The translations under genes were made by a program, and so were the position numbers. A model generated the notes under the pieces. The model was not told where the DNA came from. It saw nothing but the letters and a program-made list of their open reading frames with translations, and searched no databases. A stretch of 62,461 bases of DNA, filler included, from Sphacelaria rigidula (taxonomy: Eukaryota), in the NCBI GenBank assembly GCA_964200075.2. It is 11 parts of 11 records of this genome, joined end to end, with 100 filler letters (N's around TTAATTAATTAA, not from the genome) between each part and the next. Parts side by side here need not be neighbours in the genome. Positions count along the whole stretch, not along the records: positions 1 to 5,588 come from CAXNAA020026075.1; positions 5,689 to 11,276 come from CAXNAA020026076.1; 9 more parts are not named here. One strand, 5' to 3'. Shown here one piece after another: positions 1 through 9,793 of this stretch. Each line of letters opens with the position of its first letter. The first letter of the stretch is position 1.

Positions 1-467
1 TCCCTAAATCTACCGGGGCTAGCATTTTCGAGTAGTAGTGAAGAATGGTACTCCAGAAAAACTCAGAAAAAAGGACGACTGCGAATTCTGAAAACTTCTG
101 ACTCTGACTACTATAGGCGATTCAACAAGTCCTACAACTCTGGTATCAGCCCCGTGGTGTCGCCCCTTCCTGTTGAAGATGTGCGTGCTTGTTTTTACAC
201 AGACATGTATATATACTACTGTAGCCCGCGTTCTTGTGTCATAATTTGCCGATTTATTTTTTTCGTTATAATAAACTTTTTTCTTCTATTTTTTCGGAGG
301 ATGTAAAATCGTCGAAGTTTTGGTGAAAACAGGTGACACCACATAATAACTGTCATGTATAGATGTTGCGACTGAAGACTGTTCTTTTGGGGAGGGAAAA
401 CAAGAGTGGAAATATGGCTGTTCGGCATAATACGTGGAAATGCGTTCAGTAGTCCACTCACAAAAAC

Positions 468-755
468 GTTTTCGTGAGATTGAGAGTAGAGCGCTGATTG
501 AGAGTGGCTTTGATCACTCGCTTCAACTTAGTCAATTTTTCATTCCGTGTATGCTTTTCTTTGCCTGCATCACTTGCGTGAGCTCACATCTACACGCCGA
601 TATCCTACTCAGGGATAGCAAGGGCCTCAGTGGCAAGCTAATACAGAAACAATGTTAGGCCTCGTGGAGGGGCATTTCGGAACTGAAACGATTCATTCAC
701 GAATTGACCGCTTTTCACTCTCAATCGTATCCTCTGCTCTCAATCTCACGAAAAC
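468..755 (+). mobile_element. MITE family G (GTTTTCG-TIR), full copy
   Basis: 24-bp TIR GTTTTCGTGAGATTGAGAGTAGAG / CTCTGCTCTCAATCTCACGAAAAC (1 mismatch); homologous copies at 14531-14800, 45501-45638 and 12641-12698. Confidence 0.85.
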
Positions 756-1803
756 ACTGTCTCACGCCGAATTGGAAGTTGAACGAGTGGTTCCCGAAGT
801 AATTGATGTAACATTCTGCGGAGCTGCTTTTCGACCAAAATATGATGAAAGCCTTCGAGAGCTTGACACTGTTCAATGTCGCAATAACCGTTGTAGCACC
901 GGCAGCCTGCTGTGGCTCCCGACAATCCCGTAGAGGATGACGATATTGAACACGAGGAAGGCCTCCTACCATTATCTGCAGGTGCTCAAACGATTTCGCG
1001 TCTTTACTCTTTCGATCAGTAATATTCCGATCAAAAGCATCGCAGAAATCAAAATACGCTTTTGCCATTCTCCCAAAACCTGGCGGGGCTGAGAATCGTT
1101 GAGGGGCGCTAGAAGGGTTACTTGCGCCTCAAGGACCAAAGAAATGTGAGTGTTCGTCGGCCTTATCGTCCTTGATGACTCATCACCTTCCACCGTAGCA
1201 GTGGCGGGTGAAGCGATGACGATGCTCATTTTGTCAAGACAGACATCCTCCATGTACCGCTGCTCTGTTGTCGCGGCGGAATTATTGTTTCTGTAGTTGT
1301 CGCAACTGAATTGCCGCTGTGAGCCGATTACTCCTTCTTGAGCCCGCGGACGAATGGCACCTGAATCTAACGGGCCATTTTTCAAACGATCTGAATAAAT
1401 CCCCGTTAAAATGAATCAAGAAACGTGTGGGCGGTCAAAGAGCCAACCCTTCACTTGCGAATGCACCATGCATAATGGTTACACTTTTCCCCTTGAGTCA
1501 AGGGGCGTGTACCGGGAGGGAGGTAACACAAAGTTGGTCTCTTGAGACAGCGGACTCGTCCCGAAAAAGGAGAGGGGATATAAAACTTCGGAAGAGAATA
1601 AAGGTGCTGCATCCACGGCGAGGAGCCTTACCAACTGCAGCCCATGACCTCCAGCCCCCTCGGAGGCTCCCGATACTAAGAAAAAACTTGAAAATCTGGC
1701 AGAAATCGAACGGAATTGTGTGTTCAAAAGCATGCAGTAACATTGAGCTATTTGTAGCTGGTACATAGTCAAGCGGGCGTGCACCACACGGGTCGATATG
1801 TAC

Positions 1804-1942
1804 CACACCCTGGACAACAAACAGATTGCACTGTCAAAAAGGTGTACTGCGTACAGTGTAGGATATATTGTCTAGTGCAATGGACGCAATACTCGATACT
1901 GTACGCGGTACACTGTTTGACAACGTGATTTAGTATGGTATA
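1804..1942 (+). mobile_element. Short palindromic MITE family P (CACCCTGGA ends)
   Basis: Starts CACACCCTGGACA; internal inverted pair GTGTACTGCGTACAGT / ACTGTACGCGGTACAC; related copies at 11377-11442, 29934-30052, 30165-30290 and 43050-43190. Confidence 0.7.
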
Positions 1943-2411
1943 ACGCGGTGAAACACTCCACGGATCGGTCAACATCAGATACATAGTAGGAGGGTGCGCC
2001 CAAAATAGTTGAATCCTTGTCTGCTGTAGCTTGGCGGAGTTTCCATTCTTATCCAATGATTGCTAACGCGGGCACATGCATATGCGCGCTGGTCCCAGCT
2101 ACCACGAGTACTACCTTTAATCATATGAGGACTGTTGAATGATGACCGTGATCGAATATGCGACGATGGCGAACATGAATCACAGAGATACGAAAGGGCA
2201 GGAAGACGTACTTGAAAGACTGTAGGCACAAGTGTTGACAAAAACCGACGAGACCATGAACCAATATCCACGAAGGCGAAGAACCCGGATAATGGCATTT
2301 TGCGATGATTTCCGCTTTGCTGCAGCGCGGTCAACACCCCCATAAAACGTGCGAAAGCTAGAAGCCATCAACATTCAAGTGTCGAGTGACTTTCCCACAT
2401 TGTTCAAGAAG

Positions 2412-2771
2412 CCGGTCGCCCCGGTGGCTCAGTTGGCAACCTGGAAACCTTCTGACGGTTGGGTCGTGGATTCAAATGTCGGATCGATCTGGGATTTGTT
2501 CTCACATCATGCCGAACAGTGGAGAGCGACCATGTCGTGCGTACACAAAACTCGACTTAACGGTCGACAAGGGAAAGGAACTGCTGAACCCCTCTCGTGA
2601 TTAAAAAAGAAATGCAAGCACCGCAGAAGGAAGGTGGGGTATTAGGAGCAAACAAAAAAGAAAAAAACTCCTGTGTTGACCTTCCTTCTGTGTGACCCCA
2701 GCTGGTGCGCCCTCATATACCGAAAGGTGGAGACCGGCGTTCAGAATAGATGGGACGACAACACACACACA
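2412..2771 (+). mobile_element. tRNA-derived SINE, full copy
   Basis: Pol III box A TGGCTCAGTTGG (2425-2436) and box B-like GGATTCAAAT, about 300-bp body, (AC)n tail; homologues at 16113-16470, 56469-56725 and 5509-5588. Confidence 0.85.
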
Positions 2772-3049
2772 TTGTTGGCTCTGCCATGCACACGCCAGTT
2801 CCCTACCGCCGACCCGCTCCAGTTGTCGACGATTTGCTTAGTATCATGCCGACGCCTTGGCCACAACATTCGTAGTTCTTCAATGATTCCGTACTGGCCG
2901 AGGAAAAAATAGGACGTGATTCTTTGCAGTATTTTGAGATCCTCGGGGGTCTCTTTTGGTATACTCTTATCCCGCTTGCTTCAGACAATGTCCGTTAACT
3001 CTCATAGTCTTCCCATTTATTGAACATACACATTTTTCTTCCTCCACGG

Positions 3050-3465
3050 CCACAACCTGTGCTTGCTAAAGTTCTTCATCGTACTCCACGTTTCGACAAA
3101 AACAAATAGCGGCCGAACAACACTTGAGAACGAATAATATGATGCCGTCTCCGTCTGGCCAAAATACAGTTGTTTTAGGCCTCCTGACGTCTGTAACGCG
3201 CCATTCATCATGAAGTACAGATCGTCTTCCACGACGATAAAGCAGGCACAACCTGTACTTGCTAGCCAAAGTTTTCCATGGTACTTCATGTTTTGACAAA
3301 ACAAATAACGGGGGAACGACAGATAGGAACCGACAAATAAAACGACATATATCGCCTCCGTCTCGACAAAGGACGGTTGTTTTAGACCTCCTGAAGTGTG
3401 CAATGCGCATGCATCATAAATAAACTACAGATCATCTTCCACGACGATTATGCAGAGGGCTACAA
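3050..3465. repeat. Diverged tandem duplication, about 200-bp unit x2
   Basis: CACAACCTGT(G/A)CTTGCTA, GTTGTTTTAG.CCTCCTGA and TACAGATC.TCTTCCACGACGAT each occur twice about 200 bp apart. Confidence 0.8.
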
Positions 3466-5508
3466 CATCACAACAAAACAAAACGAAGACAGGGACAAAA
3501 TACTGACCACTCTGATGACGACGGAACGAACCCCTTTTCGCCCCCTCGACAGAGTGATGAGTTGACCAATTATCGTTCCACTTTTGAATCCGACAGCTAA
3601 TAGCCGAGCTGGTCTGCGTATCCGTAAAACTCTGCTCTTCTTCTCTGAGCCTCTTGCGAAACTTCTCGTAACGTGAAACAGACCTTGAGGACAACACTCA
3701 AAATAGATCCGACGAGAATGCCCCCCATCGAGAGGGTGGCCACCCTGAAAAACTTTTTTGGCAACGGGGACTTGTCCGGCGTGACTTTGGCCAGAAGGCT
3801 TTTCCAGGACTTCGGCCTGGTCGAAAAAAGAGAGGAAAGAAGAAAAAAGCGCGGGAAGACGCGAAACAAAACAAATGAATAAACGGTAATCATGCCAGGT
3901 GATGAATGAAATGATACGTGTGAAAGTGTCATGTAGTGGTTGTTTATTTTTATTTTCTATTGAGGGCGGCGGGCGAGAGGATACAAGAACAACATTCGGT
4001 TACTATGATGGAAACTGGATCGTTCTTCTTTCGCATTTTTCGAAGGTTTTTCCGTGCGTGTCCTCAACTTTTTACTACTTTTCATTCTTCACGGAAAATT
4101 GCTCGGGCTGTTTTCTTCCAAGCGTAATGTTGGCTTCAGGGACGACAGACCCGGGGCGAATCGGAGGTTCGATCTGTAGCCTCAACACCTTGGACAGACA
4201 GATATTAACTAATCAACATGCCACAATAGCCCCTGAGCCACTGATTGAACAGCCCAAAGATCAAAGGAATACAATAACAACATATATATATGTATATATT
4301 TAATAACCGCACATTTTCACGGGCGTTATTTTTGTCGGATGCATTATCTCGATGGCAAAATAAGTCATGACACACGAAACGACGAGATGTTCCATGCACC
4401 ATATACCAAAAGTGTATAAAACACGAGTGCTACAGCAACAAAAGATACCTGGAGTCAGCGCTGAAAGACGAAAACAAATGAAGACAATCAACAAGACCGG
4501 CATACAAAAATGTCATCACGTGATGAAGCCCGGTGCTTGGACTCTTTTCTCCTGTCCATAAACTAACCCTCATCGCCCACTCTGCTAGTAGTCGCCGATA
4601 TTCTTGGTGACTGTAAAAGTCGCATACCACCTGCCTAAGTCAGTCACAATGACTTATACGGGCTTCAGATAGGGGAACAAAAGCATTGGGCTGGCTGCTG
4701 CTGTGGGCATGAGCCGGATCTCCACTTTTTCAAGTGCAAAATTTCGAGTATACCCTACCCCATACGCCCTTGAAAAATTACATCAGAAGAAAGAAGTGAG
4801 CATAAAGACGACACAAGCATAAAGCACAAAAGGCCACAATACACAGAGGGCCCGTAATTTCTTCAACACCCCGATCAACCTAGTTCGCGACCGTTGGTTT
4901 TCCCGCTTGAATCAGCAAAATGGAACGCCTCCAGCGCCGAGCACACGAATGATACGAATCGACTTCATTCAGCACACACAAGCCAGTTCCGCGCACACCA
5001 CACAGAAGTCGAAACAGCAGCGGGATTTATACGGCTACCATACCTACCCCCTGCACGCTGCTCATGCGTGTTGAACGTGTTCATATGCGTTTCATCTTTA
5101 TTTCGTATGAGCGCATATGTTGTAGGATTTTACGCGCCCAAGGGGGTAGCCAAAGGGCTTACGGCGTAGTCCACCACATCGTACTGCAGTAGTCCAAAAA
5201 TCAGAATGGGGATTTTTTTTCGAGTGCTGCATTTATACATCAAGAACCGTTCCCATGTTTTGTCTGCACCAGACATCTTCTGCGGACGCCTTCTCACTTC
5301 ACCACCCAAAAATATGGTACAAGGAAATAAAAAACAAAATGAATTAACAAAATGGGATTCAGTAAAAATTAACACATACGCGATCGGTATAAACAGATGA
5401 ATGAAAATCGATTTTCGGTCCGAAGAATATTTTCAGGCCTTTCGGTTACCATGAAAGGCGGGCCTACGTCTGTAACCACGGGTTCGCGAGATCGGACAAA
5501 TGTGCGGA

Positions 5509-5588
5509 AATAATGATAATAATGATAATTGTTGTCGTCCCATTTATTCTGGGCACCAGTCTACACCTTTCGGTATATGTGGGTGCAT
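5509..5588 (-). mobile_element. tRNA-derived SINE 3' end (cut by contig end)
   Basis: Reverse complement matches the SINE 3' end (CATATACCGAAAGGTGTAGAC...AGAATAAATGGGACGACAAC) followed by an ATT-rich tail. Confidence 0.8.
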
Positions 5589-5688
5589 NNNNNNNNNNNN
5601 NNNNNNNNNNNNNNNNNNNNNNNNNNNNNNNNTTAATTAATTAANNNNNNNNNNNNNNNNNNNNNNNNNNNNNNNNNNNNNNNNNNNN
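5589..5688. other. Artificial contig linker 1
   Basis: 44 N + TTAATTAATTAA (stops in all six frames) + 44 N. Confidence 0.98.
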
Positions 5689-5842
5689 CCTGCAATGGAG
5701 GGATGGGACTTCAACCTCATTTTATGTTTCAACCCCAAAAATTAGGATCGGCTGTTCAATGGTATCTCCTGGTACTCGTACTGAGAGACCTCAGCCAGTG
5801 CAATAGCAATCCCATCATAATGACAGAATGTCATATCTACAC

Positions 5843-6019
5843 CTGCTGAGAAACAGCGGCTGCCTTGTCTGCAGCAACGACTTCCTTCTGTGCAGCCACG
5901 GCTTCTTCACGTCTTTTTATCTCCTTCCTCTTTATGTACACGAATGGATTGTCTCTTCTCGACACGTTTGGAGCAGTGCCCGGAGGCGCTGCTGTTTTCC
6001 TCCCTCTCTTGCGGGGCAT
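5843..6019 (-). CDS. Possible first exon of an unknown basic/Ala-rich protein
   Basis: MPRKRGRKTAAPPG...AAAVSQQ followed by a CAG|GT donor-like site; no recognisable domain. Confidence 0.25.
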
Positions 6020-6418
6020 AGCTGTGGAGCACGCTGTGATCTGGAGACCCCTACTTCAGTTGAGCATATCTCGAGCGCATTTTCAAATGTTGAAAAACAG
6101 TTTCGAGAGCTCCCTCGGTCATTTTCCAAGGTTTTCATCAAAATGTCGTTTGCGTGTTTCTTCAGGGCTATGGGGACGGCGTTTCTCCCCCCGTACAAAA
6201 GTAGTGCTGTCGTAAATTTTGTACGGTGTGCTCAATGCATGTCACTACACATGTCCTCCCGTTGGTTTGTCAAAAAACTGCACATGAAAATATCGTGTAA
6301 ACTAATTGACTGTGCTCACGCTCTGCCATGAACAACGTTGATGTAGGATACGGTGCGGTACAAATAACATGTACTATGTTGCAATTGCGGAGGATTTGGT
6401 AACCAATCAGAGGCATGG

Positions 6419-6665
6419 ACACTTTCTACGATAGCCCCCCCCCCAAAAAACGTGCATGGTTTTTGAGGGTAAAATCTTCACGTAAATCAAAATGGGAAAA
6501 GCCGAACATAGGGAGCAGCTGGAAATTCCCATGCTTGGGTTCGTTCTAGCCAATATTGCCAATACGAGGCGTTCCATGCAGCCTGAATCCAAACATCAGG
6601 TGCTGTATGGCCAATTTTTCGTGACACTTTGGGCTGGTTTTGGGGGGGGCTATCGTAGAAAGTGT
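6419..6665 (+). mobile_element. MITE family A (ACACTTTCTACGATAG-C(n) TIR)
   Basis: TIR ACACTTTCTACGATAGCCCCCCC / GGGGGGGCTATCGTAGAAAGTGT; copies at 25715-25959 and 39814-39879. Confidence 0.9.
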
Positions 6666-7097
6666 GAATGACGTCTAATGACGTAAGTAATGCGAGTACA
6701 GTCATGTGTGCAGCACGAGCAGCTGGATTGCCCATCGCCCCCATCGGTCATTTCATTGTGGTCCATCTTGGTTCTTGGTTCGCGTGCCAACTGCCTGCCT
6801 TGCTCTGGGGGTTAACATAAGTGTATGCGGTGAGTCTGTGCGTGTGTTGTGTTGAGTGAACGATAGTGAGCGCGTGCTACTGTGTGATTGGAGGTGATTG
6901 GGGTCTGGAAGAGTGAACACGGTGAAGTGAGATAATACGAACGTGTTCTGGAACTATCTATAACTAATACTATTTGCCTGAGCCAAGGTGTTGACTGCTG
7001 TTCACCCACTTGAGGTGAGTGAACGTTCACCTTTCATCAGAGCGGCCGATTACGCTAGCGACAAGAGTTACCGCCGGTGCAGAAGGGTTTGAGATTG

Positions 7098-7205
7098 GAG
7101 AGAGTTTGAGCAAAATGATAGTTTGAGTCGAAGTGAGAGAGTTTGAGCAAAATGAGAGTTTGAGTCGAAGTGAGAGAGTTTGAGCAAGAGCAGAGTTTGA
7201 ATCGA
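7098..7205 (+). repeat. About 36-bp tandem repeat in copia 5' UTR
   Basis: GAGAGTTTGAGCAAAATGA.AGTTTGAGTCGAAGTGA repeated about 3 times. Confidence 0.85.
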
Positions 7206-7286
7206 GGAGAATTTGAGAGAGAGGTGTGAAGTTTTTCAGGTTTGAATACAGGGTGAGCAAGGCTGATAATTTGACTAGGTTTCAAT

Positions 7287-7757
7287 ATGGAAGAGAACCA
7301 GCACCCCGCAATGGAAGAGCAAGTAAGATTTTTGACTGAACAGATGAAAAGGATGCAGCAGACAATCAACAACACACCGGTGATGCATGCTAGTACAGCA
7401 CAGCAAGCACTGTTCTACACCCCTCACACCCCCAATTCCCATCGCATTCGCAGCAACAAAAGCACCCTACCTTGGGATGAAAAAGCTGTCACATCTACCA
7501 ATGTCAGGGATAGGTTCGAGGTATTCAACATCCAGATATGTGCCTATTTTAAGGACGAAAACTGTTATGACGCTTTGCTAATTGAGGACCCCATCAGGGT
7601 ACACCGTGAGAATGAGGACGATTTGCGAGCAATTTTGGAAACGAAGCAGTCGACAAAGCCAAAAGGGCTATGAGGATAATACTTGATAAAGTCACCTTTC
7701 CCCCCTTGGTAAGACATACCGATATGCTTGCGAGCCCAAGTCAAGCTTGGAGTTATT
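7287..7757 (+). pseudogene. gag: copia gag, N-terminal part (frameshifted)
   Basis: ORF MEENQHPAMEEQ..., frameshift near 7640, continues ...AMRIILDKVTFPPLV...SPSQAWSY up to the TIR element. Confidence 0.7.
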
Positions 7758-9793
7758 CACACGCGGCCATTCGGCTACCCCTTTTAAAATCCTCTATCGC
7801 GAATTTCATCCTCTCGAGGGTAAAGTGACCCTCGGGAGGATAAAAATATCCTCTAGAGGGCATTTCATACTCGGTTTCGGTCATGAAACAAATTCTCTGG
7901 AGAGTATCTGATGCTTCAGTGACTTCTGAGGTCTGAATCCCTCCACAGTACCAAAAGTATGGTGCTCTGGAACACGCGGTTTTCGTGAACGTCCCTTAGA
8001 GGGAAATATGAACGGCAGAGGGAAATATGAGCATCATTCCTCTGGCGGAGGGACCGACTATAGCTTTTAAGGCATTTGTTGCGACTCCGGAAGACATAGC
8101 CGTGCAGTGTCCTCCAGCGTGTACATTAGCACTTGTGCACTTGTGTCCTAACAGCTTCCAGGGGACCTTTGGGACCATCACGCCAGAAAGATATATGTAT
8201 CACCCGCCGTTCACAGATTGAATTGCAAAGCCGACAACACTTATTCCCAGCTATAATACCACCACAATAACCCTGCAGCAGAGAGCACGAGTTGGGCGCA
8301 GGGATATAGATACACACTGCAGTAGTTGAGCATGATGTATGTTTTGTTGGCGGAAGTTTGAACTTGAGTAGCGGGGTATGGTGCGAGCAACAACCGGCGG
8401 TTTACTGCATACACACCCATGGACAGTGCAGGCAAACAAAGCTGCGCACTGTTCAAGTCATTTTCACGTCCCACTGTGAGCAGAAAACATACATATAGTC
8501 CTACGCTGTCTGTACTGCGCTTCCCTTTCACGTCCTACTGATTGCAGCGGTGAGCACGCTGCAAGAACGGGCATCGTGTGTACTCAGTGGATGACGGTAT
8601 ATAACACCCCCATGCACCCAAAGTTACAGGCATCCACTTTATTTAGCCACACGTGGCGTATATGCCGCGCTAACTCTGCAGTATATTGCACAGCACGTAT
8701 GTAAGCACGATATGGTACTGTCCTGCACGGTATTGTACTGTTCAGTACAGCATCAAACCATCATTATTGTTGTGATGGTCATATCACCATCAACGTACAG
8801 AATAGACCGCGATCATAATTGTTCGCGTGTTCACTCGAAAAAATGCTTCACTTTGGTGTTCGAATGGTGAACACAGGACTACGGGGTTTTCAAGCTTGTA
8901 TGTTTAAATATATGAGGTTCATAATAGGGGTACATCATAGCCACAAGCTAAAGCTAGATAGCATGGCTGTGTGTACATTCATTCGCAATCCATGTATGGG
9001 ATTTGAAACCAGTCGAGGCTGGTGGTGTTAAACCTGCACTCTAGCGAAGAAGTGGACACCAGCGCGCTGATTGAATCGATCCTCGGAAAGAACCGGATCC
9101 AACCAGATGTAAAGAGGCATGTTTATGCATTCCGTCTCTTGACGGACTGCCCCCTTCACCCCTGATTGCGATACTAGCCAGTTCCTGCAATCAGCCCTCC
9201 GGGCGCAATGTCGTTTTGAAACTGACGGCTCATCATCGTACTGTCCCTATTCACCACGACACGCCGCGATCCGTAACAGTTGAAGACTTCGATCCGCTTG
9301 CCCGAGATATGATTTGGGGGGCGAGAGGATGAGTTCTCAAAGACTTTTGCTGGCTCTCGACTCTCATTCACCGATACCGTGCCGTATGTGGGACTTGAAC
9401 AGCAAAAGCTGCTCGCAATTAGGAGTCTTTTTTTGCCTAATTCAAGGTATCGGTGGTACGAATGAGGATTTATTTCGAACAGTTTCTGGTGTACAAATTC
9501 CATCTGCGAGTGTACTGTATATGGAATTTGCACACCAGAAACTGTTCGAAATAAACCCTTTTGGCCTTAGGGCTATTCCAATAATTTGGAATCAGGACTT
9601 ATTTCGAACAGCTGTGAAAATTCCAGATATCCATAGCACTTGTGCTTCCAAAAACTATTCAGGGAATTTTTATATCGACACGGACCTTCGAGGGCCCCGA
9701 CATTGAAAATACTTCAGAGGATTACGCATACCCAAGATCCTCTAGGGGGGATTTAAAACGGACGAAACCGAGGTAGCCGAATGACCGCGTGTG
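7758..9793. mobile_element. About 2-kb non-autonomous TIR DNA transposon inserted in copia gag
   Basis: 22-bp TIR CACACGCGGCCATTCGGCTACC / GGTAGCCGAATGACCGCGTGTG (1 mismatch); gag homology resumes after it; no transposase motif recognised inside. Confidence 0.85.

Noticed and set aside
2412..2490. Functional tRNA gene
   Set aside because: A/B boxes are present but no clean cloverleaf; the head is fused to the same long body in the 5'-intact copies, as in a SINE.
5633..5644. Regularly spaced TTAATTAATTAA motif as a biological periodic element
   Set aside because: Always centred in 44+44 N; it is a standard six-frame-stop assembly linker. ORFs running into X residues are artefacts.
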